Below, piece by piece: positions 26,781 to 36,153 of a stretch of DNA of 57,753 nucleotides. The stretch is from Bacillales bacterium UBA4951 (GTDB lineage: Bacteria > Bacillota_I > Bacilli_A > RFN20 > CAG-826), in the NCBI GenBank assembly GCA_002397465.1, contig DHAP01000032.1, positions 1-57,753 of the forward strand, in the 5' to 3' direction. The notes beneath the pieces are model-generated. The model was not told the origin of the DNA. It made no database searches and saw only the letters and a list, made by a program, of their open reading frames with translations. Both the position numbers and the translations under genes were made by a program. Every line of letters begins with the position of its first letter. Within the stretch, counting starts at the first letter, position 1.

Positions 26781-29015
26781 ATGAACGAGAACAACAATAA
26801 GAGAAGCGTTTGGTCGTACATCCTTCCTTATTTCTTTACCGCTTTATGTGTCTTCTTAATCATCTATTTCATCGTGGCCCAAATGTCGAACCGCGTCTAT
26901 TCGTGGTCCGAGAGCAGCCTTGATACTTATCTTCGTGTCAGTTCGAGCACCGACACTGCCAACAACACGACTTTCTACGTGAGGACCGCCGAGGTTTCGA
27001 CCAACATCTCGACCACGACCGTCTCTGGCGAGGCCTACACCTATAACGGACACGAGAAGATTTCCTATCAGGTCATCATGCCGCGTGAGGATTGGACGAC
27101 CTCAGCCGCCCACACAAGCGAAATCACCTTGAACGGAGGAGATGGCAACAAGCTTAGCCAGACCGCTTCCTGGAGCGAGGTTTTCGCCGTCCGCGTCAAT
27201 GAGTGGAACACCCTTAGAAAATCCGGTGACTCCGCCTATTCTTGGATGAATAGCGGAGCCCTTGCCTCCTCTGGCGAAGGCTACCTCACCAACAGCGATC
27301 CTTATACTTCCACTTGGTGGGAGACCTGGGGACCGACCATCATCAACGCCGGCATCATCATCCTCTTTGCCTTATTCTTCTTCAGCCGTCTCAACAACTC
27401 CGTCAACGGAGCCAACAGGCAAGCCATGGACTTCAACAAGTCCCCAGCCCGCCGCGAAGACGCCTCGAAGGTTCATTTCTCCGACGTCGCTGGATGCGAT
27501 GAGGAGAAAGCCGAGATGGTCGAGATGGTCGAATACCTCAAAGACCCGAAGAAATATTCCAAATATGGCGCGAGACTTCCAAAAGGCGTCCTTCTCATCG
27601 GCAACCCTGGCACCGGCAAGACCCTTCTTGCCAAGGCCGTGGCTGGCGAAGCTGGAGTCCCTTTCTACAGCATCTCCGGCTCTGATTTCGTCGAGATGTT
27701 CGTCGGCGTCGGCGCAGGCCGTGTCCGCGATCTCTTCCACAAAGCCAAACAAACCGCACCATGCATCATCTTCATCGATGAAATCGACGCGGTCGGCCGC
27801 CAAAGAGGCGCTGGCTTAGGCGGAGGCAACGACGAAAGGGAACAGACCCTCAACCAGTTGCTCGTCGAGATGGATGGCTTTGAGTACAACTCCGGCATCC
27901 TCGTGATGGCCGCCACCAACCGTGACGACGTCTTGGACCCAGCTTTGCTGAGACCTGGCCGTTTCGACCGTATCATCACAGTTTCCTTACCAGATGCCGC
28001 CGGACGTGAGGCCATCTTCAAAGTCCATGCGAGAAACAAGAAGATCGACCCAAGCGTCAACTTCGCGGCTCTTGCCAAACGCACCGTTGGTTTCAGCGGC
28101 GCCGACATCGAGAACATCCTCAACGAGGCTGCCATCTTGGCCGTCCGTTTCCACAAAGAGAGCGTTGGCATGGCAGAGATCGATGAAGCCATCGACCGCC
28201 GCATCGCCGGACCTGCCAAATCAGGCAAAGGCATGAACGAGCTCGAAAGAAAAGAAGTGGCCTTCCACGAAGCGGGACACGCCGTGATCGGCTTGGTCCT
28301 CCCGCACAGCGACAAAGTCCAAAAGATCACCATCATCCCACGTGGACGCACAGGCGGCCATGTCCTTATGACGCCTGAGGACGATAGGTTCCTTCTCACG
28401 AAGAAAGAGCTTCTCGCCGAGATCACCGGCTTACTTGGCGGACGTGCTTCCGAAGAGATCTTCTTCGATGACATTTCCACCGGCGCCGAGAACGACATCC
28501 AGCAGGCCACAAGATTAGCGAGGCTCATGGTCACCCAGTTCGGTATGTCCGAATTAGGACCTATCCAATACGAGACGAACTCCGGTTCCGTCTTCCTTGG
28601 AAGAGACTATGCCAACACCCAGAAGAACTTCTCCAGCGAAGTCGCCTTCGAGATCGACAAGGCCGTGCGTCAGATAATCGATGACGCCCACACCCAGGCG
28701 ATTGAGATCTTGACCAAGCACCGTCAGGAAGTGACTTTGATCGCCACGACCTTGCTTGAGAAAGAGACCATCACCGCCGAGGAGATCGATGCCTTGGTCA
28801 AGAATGGCTCGCTCAGCGAGAAAAAAGTCGAGAACGTCAAAGAGGTCGAACCGCTTGAGGAAAAACAGGTCCTCAATGGCGAAATCTCCGCCGAAACCCA
28901 ATTAAAGGACGAGGAAAAGCCGACTGCGGCCGCGCCTAAGAAGGCCGCCCCAAAGAAAGCTTCGCCCAAGAAAAAGGCTCCGAGCAAGAAGAAAGCCGAT
29001 ACCACCAAAAAATAA
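26781..29015 (+). CDS. ftsH: ATP-dependent zinc metalloprotease FtsH
   Basis: Two TM segments, AAA+ motifs [18 protein letters not shown] and [15 protein letters not shown], an SRH region, and the Zn site HEAGHA are present. Confidence 0.95.
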   Translation: MNENNNKRSVWSYILPYFFTALCVFLIIYFIVAQMSNRVYSWSESSLDTYLRVSSSTDTANNTTFYVRTAEVSTNISTTTVSGEAYTYNGHEKISYQVIMPREDWTTSAAHTSEITLNGGDGNKLSQTASWSEVFAVRVNEWNTLRKSGDSAYSWMNSGALASSGEGYLTNSDPYTSTWWETWGPTIINAGIIILFALFFFSRLNNSVNGANRQAMDFNKSPARREDASKVHFSDVAGCDEEKAEMVEMVEYLKDPKKYSKYGARLPKGVLLIGNPGTGKTLLAKAVAGEAGVPFYSISGSDFVEMFVGVGAGRVRDLFHKAKQTAPCIIFIDEIDAVGRQRGAGLGGGNDEREQTLNQLLVEMDGFEYNSGILVMAATNRDDVLDPALLRPGRFDRIITVSLPDAAGREAIFKVHARNKKIDPSVNFAALAKRTVGFSGADIENILNEAAILAVRFHKESVGMAEIDEAIDRRIAGPAKSGKGMNELERKEVAFHEAGHAVIGLVLPHSDKVQKITIIPRGRTGGHVLMTPEDDRFLLTKKELLAEITGLLGGRASEEIFFDDISTGAENDIQQATRLARLMVTQFGMSELGPIQYETNSGSVFLGRDYANTQKNFSSEVAFEIDKAVRQIIDDAHTQAIEILTKHRQEVTLIATTLLEKETITAEEIDALVKNGSLSEKKVENVKEVEPLEEKQVLNGEISAETQLKDEEKPTAAAPKKAAPKKASPKKKAPSKKKADTTKK

Positions 29016-29018
29016 GAG

Positions 29019-29044
29019 GAAGGCCGCGAGGCCTTCTTTCTTTG
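29019..29044 (+). terminator. Terminator-like hairpin after ftsH, abutting the dusB start
   Basis: GAAGGCC-GCGA-GGCCTTC (29019-29036) is followed by TTTCTTTG. The dusB ATG is at 29048. Confidence 0.6.
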
Positions 29045-29047
29045 CAT

Positions 29048-30022
29048 ATGAAAATCGCAGATATCGAAATCAAGACTCCGGTGATCTTGGCCCCGATGGC
29101 AGGGGTCACCACTTTGGCGTATCGCGAATTCATGAAGCCATTCGGAGTCGGCCTCAGCTACAGCGAGATGATCAGCGACTGCGGGCTCGTCTATGGGAAT
29201 GCCCTCACGAGGGAATACGCGAAGACCTCGAAGATCGACCATCCGGTCGGCCTCCAGCTTTTCGGCAGCGATCCCGCGATCGCAAAGAAAGCCATCGCCA
29301 TCCTCGAGGGCATTGCCTCTTATGACATCCTCGACGTCAACCTTGGCTGCCCAGTCTACAAAGTCACCAAGACCGGAGCGGGTTCGGCGATGCTCAAAGA
29401 CCCTAATACCTTATATACGTACATGCGCGAGGTGGTGAGCTCATCACATAAGCCAGTTAGCACCAAGATTCGTTTAGGCTGGGACTCACAGTCTATCAAC
29501 GTGAGAGAGGTGGCGTCCTTGCTAGAAAAGGCTGGCGTCTCATTGATTTCCATCCACGCGAGGACCGCCAAACAAGCCTATTCAGGCACGCCTGATTATT
29601 CGAAGATCGAGAATCTCGCCTCCGAGCTCAGCGTGCCTTTATGCGTCTCAGGCGATATCTACACGCCGGAAGACGCCAAGAAAGCCATGGACATCAGCGG
29701 CGCCAAATTCGTGATGGTCGCCAGGGGTGGCTTAGGCAATCCAAAGCTCGTCACCAACATCAATCATCTATTAATGGGCGAGGATTTGGAACCTCCGTCC
29801 ACGCTTCTAGAAGAAGTAGATTATGCCGAGAGATTCGCCAAGATGCTGATCGAGCAAGATGGCGAGCATAGCGCCATCATGCAGCTCCGCGGATTGATCC
29901 CTCATTTCTTTTCGGGCTTTCCTGGCTATAAGAAAATCAGGGCCGAGATCAGCGTCAACATCAAGACCTATGAGGACCTACAGAAGATCTTCACGGGCAT
30001 TAGAAACCGTTCCAGATTATGA
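29048..30022 (+). CDS. dusB: tRNA-dihydrouridine synthase
   Basis: LAPMAGVT, DVNLGCP, KIRLGWD and IHARTAKQ are present. I prefer the ATG at 29048 over the TTG at 29042. Confidence 0.9.
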   Translation: MKIADIEIKTPVILAPMAGVTTLAYREFMKPFGVGLSYSEMISDCGLVYGNALTREYAKTSKIDHPVGLQLFGSDPAIAKKAIAILEGIASYDILDVNLGCPVYKVTKTGAGSAMLKDPNTLYTYMREVVSSSHKPVSTKIRLGWDSQSINVREVASLLEKAGVSLISIHARTAKQAYSGTPDYSKIENLASELSVPLCVSGDIYTPEDAKKAMDISGAKFVMVARGGLGNPKLVTNINHLLMGEDLEPPSTLLEEVDYAERFAKMLIEQDGEHSAIMQLRGLIPHFFSGFPGYKKIRAEISVNIKTYEDLQKIFTGIRNRSRL

Positions 30023-30044
30023 AAACGCTTTTATCGGAAGTGTA

Positions 30045-30086
30045 TTGATAATAATAAGTCAGTTCATATAATGTTCGTACACGAAC
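30045..30086 (+). promoter_or_regulatory. marR promoter with an overlapping inverted repeat (candidate autoregulatory operator)
   Basis: The layout is TTGATA (30045-30050), a 16-nt spacer, then TATAAT (30067-30072). The repeat GTTCG-TACA-CGAAC (30073-30086) follows immediately. Confidence 0.6.
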
Positions 30087-30094
30087 GATTATTT

Positions 30095-30538
30095 ATGGCT
30101 GAAACAAAACCCTTAGGATACCAAATCAGGCTGACAGCCAACCAGATAAAATGCTATATCGACCAGAAAGTCACCGTCGGCGTCGGGAGCAATCTCACCG
30201 GCATCGAGGGAATGACGATGGGCTTTCTCTTCCATCATAAGAATGAAGAGGTCACCTGCAAGAGGCTGATGGAAAGAGACGGTGCCTCCAAAGCCACGGT
30301 CTCCCAAACCCTTAAGGGGCTTGAGAAAAAGGGCTTCATCGAGATGGTCCATCCGAAGGACGACAAAAGAAAAAAGATCATCTCCCTCACGCCAAAGGGA
30401 CAGGAGATAGAAAGAGAGTTCGACGAGATATTCAAAGAGATCAATCAGAACATCGAGTCGGGATTAGACGAAAAGGAAATCGAAACGTTGCGGTCGCTCC
30501 TAATGAGGATCCGCGAGAACGTCAGTATGGAGAAATAG
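30095..30538 (+). CDS. MarR-family transcriptional regulator
   Basis: The winged helix is SKATVSQTLKGLEKKGFIEMVHPKDDKRKKIISLTPKG. The ATG at 30071 in the ORF track overlaps the predicted -10/TSS, so I prefer the ATG at 30095. Confidence 0.8.
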   Translation: MAETKPLGYQIRLTANQIKCYIDQKVTVGVGSNLTGIEGMTMGFLFHHKNEEVTCKRLMERDGASKATVSQTLKGLEKKGFIEMVHPKDDKRKKIISLTPKGQEIEREFDEIFKEINQNIESGLDEKEIETLRSLLMRIRENVSMEK

Positions 30539-30541
30539 AGT

Positions 30542-32374
30542 ATGTTCAAGACCTATGCTTATTTGATGAAGAGCCTCAAAGGCTATAAAAAGGACACCGC
30601 TTGGACGTGGTTTTTCGTGGTGTTTGAGACTTTCTGCGAGATTCTCGTCCCGTTCTTCATGCAGTTCCTGATCGACTCAATCAACAAAATCGGCGATATT
30701 TCCGCCCCATCCAGCGCGGATAAATACGGCGGAATCATCAAGAGCTTCGTCACGTGGGTCGACTCCTTCGCCGGCGTCACCTATTCCCCGTATGTCTATG
30801 GCGCCTTCATGGCGGCCGCGGCCATCTTGGGCGCGGTGTTCGGCGTCTTCGCCGGTTATTGGGCGGCCTCGGCCTCATCGGGTTTGGGCCATAACCTCAG
30901 GAAGGACATGTACTACCACCTTCAGGACTATTCATTCAACAACATCGACAAGTTCTCGACCTCGTCCATCGTCACGAGGCTTACCACCGACGTCACCAAC
31001 GTTCAGTTCGCCTTCCAGTCGTCCATCAGGGCCGTCTTAAGGGCACCGCTCATCATGATATTCGCTCTCATAATGAGCTTTGTGACCTCATGGAAATTGG
31101 CTTTGGTCTTCCTTTGCATCATCCCAGTCATTCTCTTCATCCTTATTTTCTTGGCCACGATCGTTCACCCGATCTTCGTGGCGGTCTTCAACAAGTACGA
31201 CGACCTCAACCAGGAAGTCCAAGAGGACCTCTCCGGCATCAGGGTCGTCAAATCATTCGGCCGGCAAGAAGAGGAGAAGAGCAAGTTCTCCTCCATCAGC
31301 GACTTCATCTACAAGAAGTTCACCAAGGCCGAGCAGATCATGGCCTTCCAGAACCCCGCCATGCAGTTACTTGTCTATGCCTCAATCCTTACCATCGTGG
31401 TCTTTGGCTCCAGCATCATCATCTCCTCAAACGGAACCGAGCTCACCGCCGGCGGTTTGAGCACGCTTATCTCCTATGTCATGCAGATCATGATGGCCGT
31501 CATGCTCGCGAGCATGGTCTACGTCATGATCATCGTCTCGAGGAACTCGGCCGAACGTATCGAGGCCGTCCTCCGCGAGGTCCCGGATTTGGCCAACCCC
31601 GAGAACCCGGTATACGAGGTCAAAGACAGCTCCGTCTCCTTCAAGGACGTGAGCTTCCATTATGAGAACGGCAAAGATGTCCTGAATGACATTAATCTAA
31701 GCTTCAAGCCCGGCGAAAGCGTGGGCATCGTCGGCTCGACCGGTTCCAGCAAGACCACTTTGATGTCCTTGATCGCCAGATTATATGACGCGACTGGAGG
31801 CGAGGTCATGGTCGGCGGGCTCAACGTCAAAGACTATGACATCAAGAGCCTCCGTGAATCCGTCGCCGTCGTCCTTCAGAAGAACACCTTGTTCTCCGGC
31901 ACGATTGCCTCCAATCTCCGTTGGGGCAACGAAAAGGCCACGGACGAGGAAATCAAACAAGCCTGTGAGATTGCCCAGGCCGACTCGTTCATCTCCTCAT
32001 TCCCCGATGGCTATGACACCATGCTGGATGAAGGCGGCACGAACGTATCCGGCGGGCAAAAGCAAAGGATATGCATCGCGAGGGCTCTCATCAAGAACCC
32101 CAAGATCATCATCCTCGATGACTCGACCTCCGCGGTCGACACCCACACGGACGCTCTCATCAGGGCGGGTCTAAAAAAGAAGCTCCCGGGCACCACGAGC
32201 TTCATCGTGGCCGAGAGGATTCTCTCAGTCAAAGACTGCGACACCATCTTGGTCATGGACAATGGCAAAGTGGTGGGCAAAGGGACCAACGACGAGCTTA
32301 TGAAGAGCTCGAAGATCTATAACGAACTGTGTACTTCACAATTAGGGGGAGGTGATTTCGATGCCAGGAGCTAG
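30542..32374 (+). CDS. ABC exporter, fused TMD-NBD half transporter (subunit 1 of a heterodimer)
   Basis: Six TM helices are followed by GSTGSSKTT, VSGGQKQRICIARAL and IIILDDSTSAVD. Confidence 0.88.
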   Translation: MFKTYAYLMKSLKGYKKDTAWTWFFVVFETFCEILVPFFMQFLIDSINKIGDISAPSSADKYGGIIKSFVTWVDSFAGVTYSPYVYGAFMAAAAILGAVFGVFAGYWAASASSGLGHNLRKDMYYHLQDYSFNNIDKFSTSSIVTRLTTDVTNVQFAFQSSIRAVLRAPLIMIFALIMSFVTSWKLALVFLCIIPVILFILIFLATIVHPIFVAVFNKYDDLNQEVQEDLSGIRVVKSFGRQEEEKSKFSSISDFIYKKFTKAEQIMAFQNPAMQLLVYASILTIVVFGSSIIISSNGTELTAGGLSTLISYVMQIMMAVMLASMVYVMIIVSRNSAERIEAVLREVPDLANPENPVYEVKDSSVSFKDVSFHYENGKDVLNDINLSFKPGESVGIVGSTGSSKTTLMSLIARLYDATGGEVMVGGLNVKDYDIKSLRESVAVVLQKNTLFSGTIASNLRWGNEKATDEEIKQACEIAQADSFISSFPDGYDTMLDEGGTNVSGGQKQRICIARALIKNPKIIILDDSTSAVDTHTDALIRAGLKKKLPGTTSFIVAERILSVKDCDTILVMDNGKVVGKGTNDELMKSSKIYNELCTSQLGGGDFDARS

Positions 32375-34292
32375 AATGGGAAAATCAGACGGCAAGAGAG
32401 CCAATCCAAAGGATGTCATCAAGTCCGTCAAAAGAATATTCGTCTACGCGACCAAATACTTCCCGGTCGAGTTCTATCTTTCGATTCTTTGCATCATCAT
32501 CAGCGGCGTCGCCTCGATCGTCCCGACTTTGTTCGTCGGAGTCGCGGTTGACCAACTAGATGACATTCTTTCGAATAACCTCGCTCAAACTACTTCCGTT
32601 TATTCATTAGGCTACATCGGGGCCGAAGCCGGCGTGGTGGCCGCGATCGTCTTTGTGGGACTATGCGCCAACTACTTCTATAACTTCCTGATGTCGAGGG
32701 TCGCCCAAGGCGTCCAAAAGAAAATCAGGGACGATCTTTTCAACCACATGCAGGATCTTCCGTTATCCTATTTCGACTCCAGGACGCGCGGCGACATCAT
32801 GAGCGTCTACACCAACGACGTCGATACCCTCCGCGAGGCCATGTCCCGCAGCTGGCCGATGATTGTGAGCGGCGTCGTCACCATCGTGGTCGTCATCATC
32901 GCCATGTTCGTCTACAACTGGCTCATGGCCATCATCGTGATTCTCATCACCATCCCGACCATGTACATCTCGAAAGTCCTCTCTGGAAAGAGCGGACGTT
33001 ACTTCGTGAACCAGCAGATGGCTTTGGCCAAAACGAACGGTTACGTCGAAGAGCTCACCAACGGCCAGAGGGTCGTCAAGGTCTTCAATTATGAGGAACG
33101 CGCGGAACGCGGCTTCGACGCGGTCAACGACGAGCTTTATATCCAATCCACCAAAGCCAACCGTTACGCGAACATCCTGATGCCGATCGTCAATCAGATC
33201 GGAAACCTCCAATACGTCATCCTCGCGATGGTCGGGGCCTTCATCTACACGAACCAAGATAATTGGAGCATCTCGATCGGGCTGACTCTTGGCACCATCA
33301 TCAGCTTCCTTTCGCTTTCCAAATCCTTCACTCAGCCGATAGGCCAGGTGGCCCAGCAGGTCAACTCCATCGCCATGGCTCTCGCCGGCGCGGTCCGTAT
33401 CTTTGATCTGATCGACCAGCCTAGCGAAGTAGACGATGGCTATGTCGAACTCTGCAACGCTAAAGAAGGGCCTTCAGGCGAGCCGATCGAAGTGAATGAA
33501 AGAACCGGCAAATGGGCTTGGAAACATCCGCATAAAGATGGGACCCCGACCAGTTATACCTGGCTTAAGGGCAAGATCGATTTCTATGACGTCGACTTCT
33601 CTTATGTTCCGGGCAAAACCGTCCTCCATGACATCACTTTGTATGCAGAACCCGGCCAGAAAGTCGCTTTCGTCGGCCCAACTGGAGCCGGAAAGACGAC
33701 GATAACGAACCTCATCAACCGTTTCTATGACATTGAGGACGGCAAGATCAGATACGATGACATCAACATCAACAAGATCAAGAAACAGGACTTAAGAAGA
33801 TCCTTGGGCATGGTCCTTCAGGACACCGAGCTCTTCACTGGGACCGTCAAAGAGAACATTCGTTATGGAAGGCTAGACGCGAGTGATGAGGAAGTGGTTG
33901 CCGCGGCCAAACTCGCCAACGCCGATTCCTTCATCAGCAAGCTTCCAAAAGGCTATGACACGATGCTAGAAAAAGCCGGCGAGAACCTTTCGCAGGGCCA
34001 ACGCCAGCTCTTGTCGATCGCCAGGGCCGCCATCGCGAACCCTCCGGTCATGATCCTTGATGAGGCCACCTCATCCATCGACAGCAGAACCGAGAAACTC
34101 GTTCAAGAAGGCATGGACGCCATCATGAAAGGCCGCACGGTCTTCGTGATCGCCCACCGTCTATCAACCGTCAAGAACAGCGACGTCATCATGGTCATCT
34201 CCGATGGGAGAATCATCGAAAGAGGCTCACATGACGAGCTTCTCTCGAAGAAAGGCGTCTACTACCAGCTCTACACTGGCAAGAAAGCCTAA
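32361..34292 (+). CDS. ABC exporter, fused TMD-NBD half transporter (subunit 2)
   Basis: GPTGAGKTT, LSQGQRQLLSIARA and VMILDEATSSID are present. GGAGGTG lies about 8 nt upstream of the ATG at 32361. The gene overlaps the end of the upstream gene. Confidence 0.88.
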   Translation: MPGARMGKSDGKRANPKDVIKSVKRIFVYATKYFPVEFYLSILCIIISGVASIVPTLFVGVAVDQLDDILSNNLAQTTSVYSLGYIGAEAGVVAAIVFVGLCANYFYNFLMSRVAQGVQKKIRDDLFNHMQDLPLSYFDSRTRGDIMSVYTNDVDTLREAMSRSWPMIVSGVVTIVVVIIAMFVYNWLMAIIVILITIPTMYISKVLSGKSGRYFVNQQMALAKTNGYVEELTNGQRVVKVFNYEERAERGFDAVNDELYIQSTKANRYANILMPIVNQIGNLQYVILAMVGAFIYTNQDNWSISIGLTLGTIISFLSLSKSFTQPIGQVAQQVNSIAMALAGAVRIFDLIDQPSEVDDGYVELCNAKEGPSGEPIEVNERTGKWAWKHPHKDGTPTSYTWLKGKIDFYDVDFSYVPGKTVLHDITLYAEPGQKVAFVGPTGAGKTTITNLINRFYDIEDGKIRYDDININKIKKQDLRRSLGMVLQDTELFTGTVKENIRYGRLDASDEEVVAAAKLANADSFISKLPKGYDTMLEKAGENLSQGQRQLLSIARAAIANPPVMILDEATSSIDSRTEKLVQEGMDAIMKGRTVFVIAHRLSTVKNSDVIMVISDGRIIERGSHDELLSKKGVYYQLYTGKKA

Positions 34293-34657
34293 TCTTCGTC
34301 GATCCGCTTATACAGAACCTCTTTCTGAGCCTTGTCTAGATGCGAATACTCTTCAAGCAGACCCCTGGCCGCCAACGAAAGGTCATCGCTGTCGAGGGAG
34401 AGTATTTTCTTTAGGCTTGCGATGGTGGGATTCCCGACGACCAATAAGGCAGAGTCGTTCTTGTGACAACGGAGCTGATGTCTTTTCGTCCAAGTTAACT
34501 CGCTATAAATGGTGGGGTGCGAGGCCGCCAAATCGATGATCAATTTGGCGAACTCCGAACTGGCGGGGACGCTTTTGTCTTCCTCAAAATCATTGAGGTC
34601 GTTGACGAAAGAGAAGTACTGCTGGAGGGTGATTTTCAACGTGGTTTGACTGTTCAT
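34289..34657 (-). CDS. Hypothetical 122-aa soluble protein, translationally coupled to the antiporter
   Basis: Its ATG overlaps the antiporter stop (ATGA, 34654-34657). I recognise no motif in it. Confidence 0.5.
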   Translation of the reverse strand: MNSQTTLKITLQQYFSFVNDLNDFEEDKSVPASSEFAKLIIDLAASHPTIYSELTWTKRHQLRCHKNDSALLVVGNPTIASLKKILSLDSDDLSLAARGLLEEYSHLDKAQKEVLYKRIDED

Positions 34658-36030
34658 GGACGAATCTCTCCTTTCTTTCCGTTAGAGTTGTCTTTGATGA
34701 TGGGGACGTCCTCTCCTTGGATGTGTTCCGTCGGATGGGGCGTGGCAATTTCTTTAACAAGAGGAGGGTTTTGCAAGGCTTCTCTTGAGATAGAACCGCT
34801 TTTGATGAGGGCTAGTTTGGCTAGTCCTGGGCCAATAAGCTCATAGAGTATCGATGAGCAGATGATAATGGCGTAGAACTCATTTCCGATTTCCGTCGGG
34901 AGCATTCTTTGGCCTAAGACGGCAAGTCCTATGGCCACGCCGGCCTGTGGGATCAAGGCCATGCCCAAGTAGTCTCTGGTCTTTTTCTCCTCTCTTGTGG
35001 CAAGGCAGCCTAAGTAGGCTCCGCCATACTTGCCAAGGATTCTTACGAAGAAATAGATGACCCCGATCAAACCGACCTCCGCGAAAGAGGCAAAGTCCAT
35101 GTTCATGCCGCTCATGACGAAGAAGAGACACATTATCGGAGGGGCGAAGATATCCATTTGGGAATAGATCTCCTGATCCTTTTTGACGTTGACGTATGTG
35201 GCGCCGAAGACCATGCAACTCATAAGCGGCGAGACCCCGACGATCGCACAAGCCCCATCAAGGATCAGAAGCATGGCAAGCGTGAGGATCAGCCTGTTGT
35301 CAGGGCTGCGTTTTGGGGACATGAGACGCGAATGGATGAAGCCAAACAAGAAACCCAGGCCGATGAAGGCCAAGTTCCAGATGACCGGCATCAAGATGTC
35401 CATGGCGTTGGAAGAACCGGAATCGGCATTGATGACCGTGATGGCCAAGGTGTAGCAGATAAGGCAAACGGCATCGTCTAAGGAAACCACTTCGAGAAGC
35501 ACGTTGACGAAGTTGCCTTTTGCTCCATATTGTCTGATGGTCATCATGGTTGAGGCCGGAGCGGTCGCGGTGGCGATGGCACCCAACAAAAGGGCGAAGT
35601 TCCATCCTTTGCTTGGGAAGGCGAACCCAATGACGAGAGTAACTAAGACGCCAGCCAAGACAGACTCAAGAAGAGTGATGAGGAAGACGCCGGGGCCCGT
35701 CTCTTTGATGGTGGAGATCTTGAAGTAGCGGCCAACTCCGAAAGCGATGAACGACAAAGCGACATCCGAGATAAAAGACATGTGGGTGATGACGCTAGTG
35801 TCTATGGCTCCTAAAACCCAAGGGCCAAGAATGACGCCGGCGATGATGTAGGCCGTGACATTAGGGAGTTTCAATAGTTTGGTGAGACGGGTCACGAGGA
35901 AGCCCGTGAAAAGCATTATTGATAAACCGATGAGGACGCTGGGGACTTCGCCAAACTGGGAATAGTATTGCGAAAGATTCCAGTTCGTTCCCACGAATAT
36001 CGTCGGTTTGATGGCTGTAGAAAAATACAT
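34654..36030 (-). CDS. Cation:proton antiporter (CPA2 / Na+-H+ exchanger family)
   Basis: The protein is polytopic (about 12-13 TM). N-terminal LPNVTAYIIAGVILGP is typical of Kef/NapA-type antiporters. GGAGG lies 9 nt upstream of the ATG. Confidence 0.8.
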   Translation of the reverse strand: MYFSTAIKPTIFVGTNWNLSQYYSQFGEVPSVLIGLSIMLFTGFLVTRLTKLLKLPNVTAYIIAGVILGPWVLGAIDTSVITHMSFISDVALSFIAFGVGRYFKISTIKETGPGVFLITLLESVLAGVLVTLVIGFAFPSKGWNFALLLGAIATATAPASTMMTIRQYGAKGNFVNVLLEVVSLDDAVCLICYTLAITVINADSGSSNAMDILMPVIWNLAFIGLGFLFGFIHSRLMSPKRSPDNRLILTLAMLLILDGACAIVGVSPLMSCMVFGATYVNVKKDQEIYSQMDIFAPPIMCLFFVMSGMNMDFASFAEVGLIGVIYFFVRILGKYGGAYLGCLATREEKKTRDYLGMALIPQAGVAIGLAVLGQRMLPTEIGNEFYAIIICSSILYELIGPGLAKLALIKSGSISREALQNPPLVKEIATPHPTEHIQGEDVPIIKDNSNGKKGEIRP

Positions 36031-36153
36031 CTGAGGAGACCTCCAAATCGTTGCTCGAAATCTCGGGCTGAGGACATTATGGCTACAATAAAAATAAGAT
36101 GATATTATAGAAAGAGCAGGTTCGATAAAGATTGCTTATAAGGAGTGTTTACC

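Noticed and set aside
27665-28534. 289-aa ORF antisense to ftsH. Similar long antisense or off-frame ORFs lie at 27262-27819, 27372-27803 and 28724-29242.
   Set aside because: It lies entirely inside the strongly supported ftsH frame. It has no SD or promoter. Its composition is Ser/Pro/Ala/Arg-rich, typical of shadow frames of a codon-biased gene.
32763-33257. 164-aa minus-strand ORF inside the second ABC exporter gene, rich in Asp/His/Gly.
   Set aside because: It is a shadow frame of a well-supported TMD-NBD gene. It has no regulatory signals.
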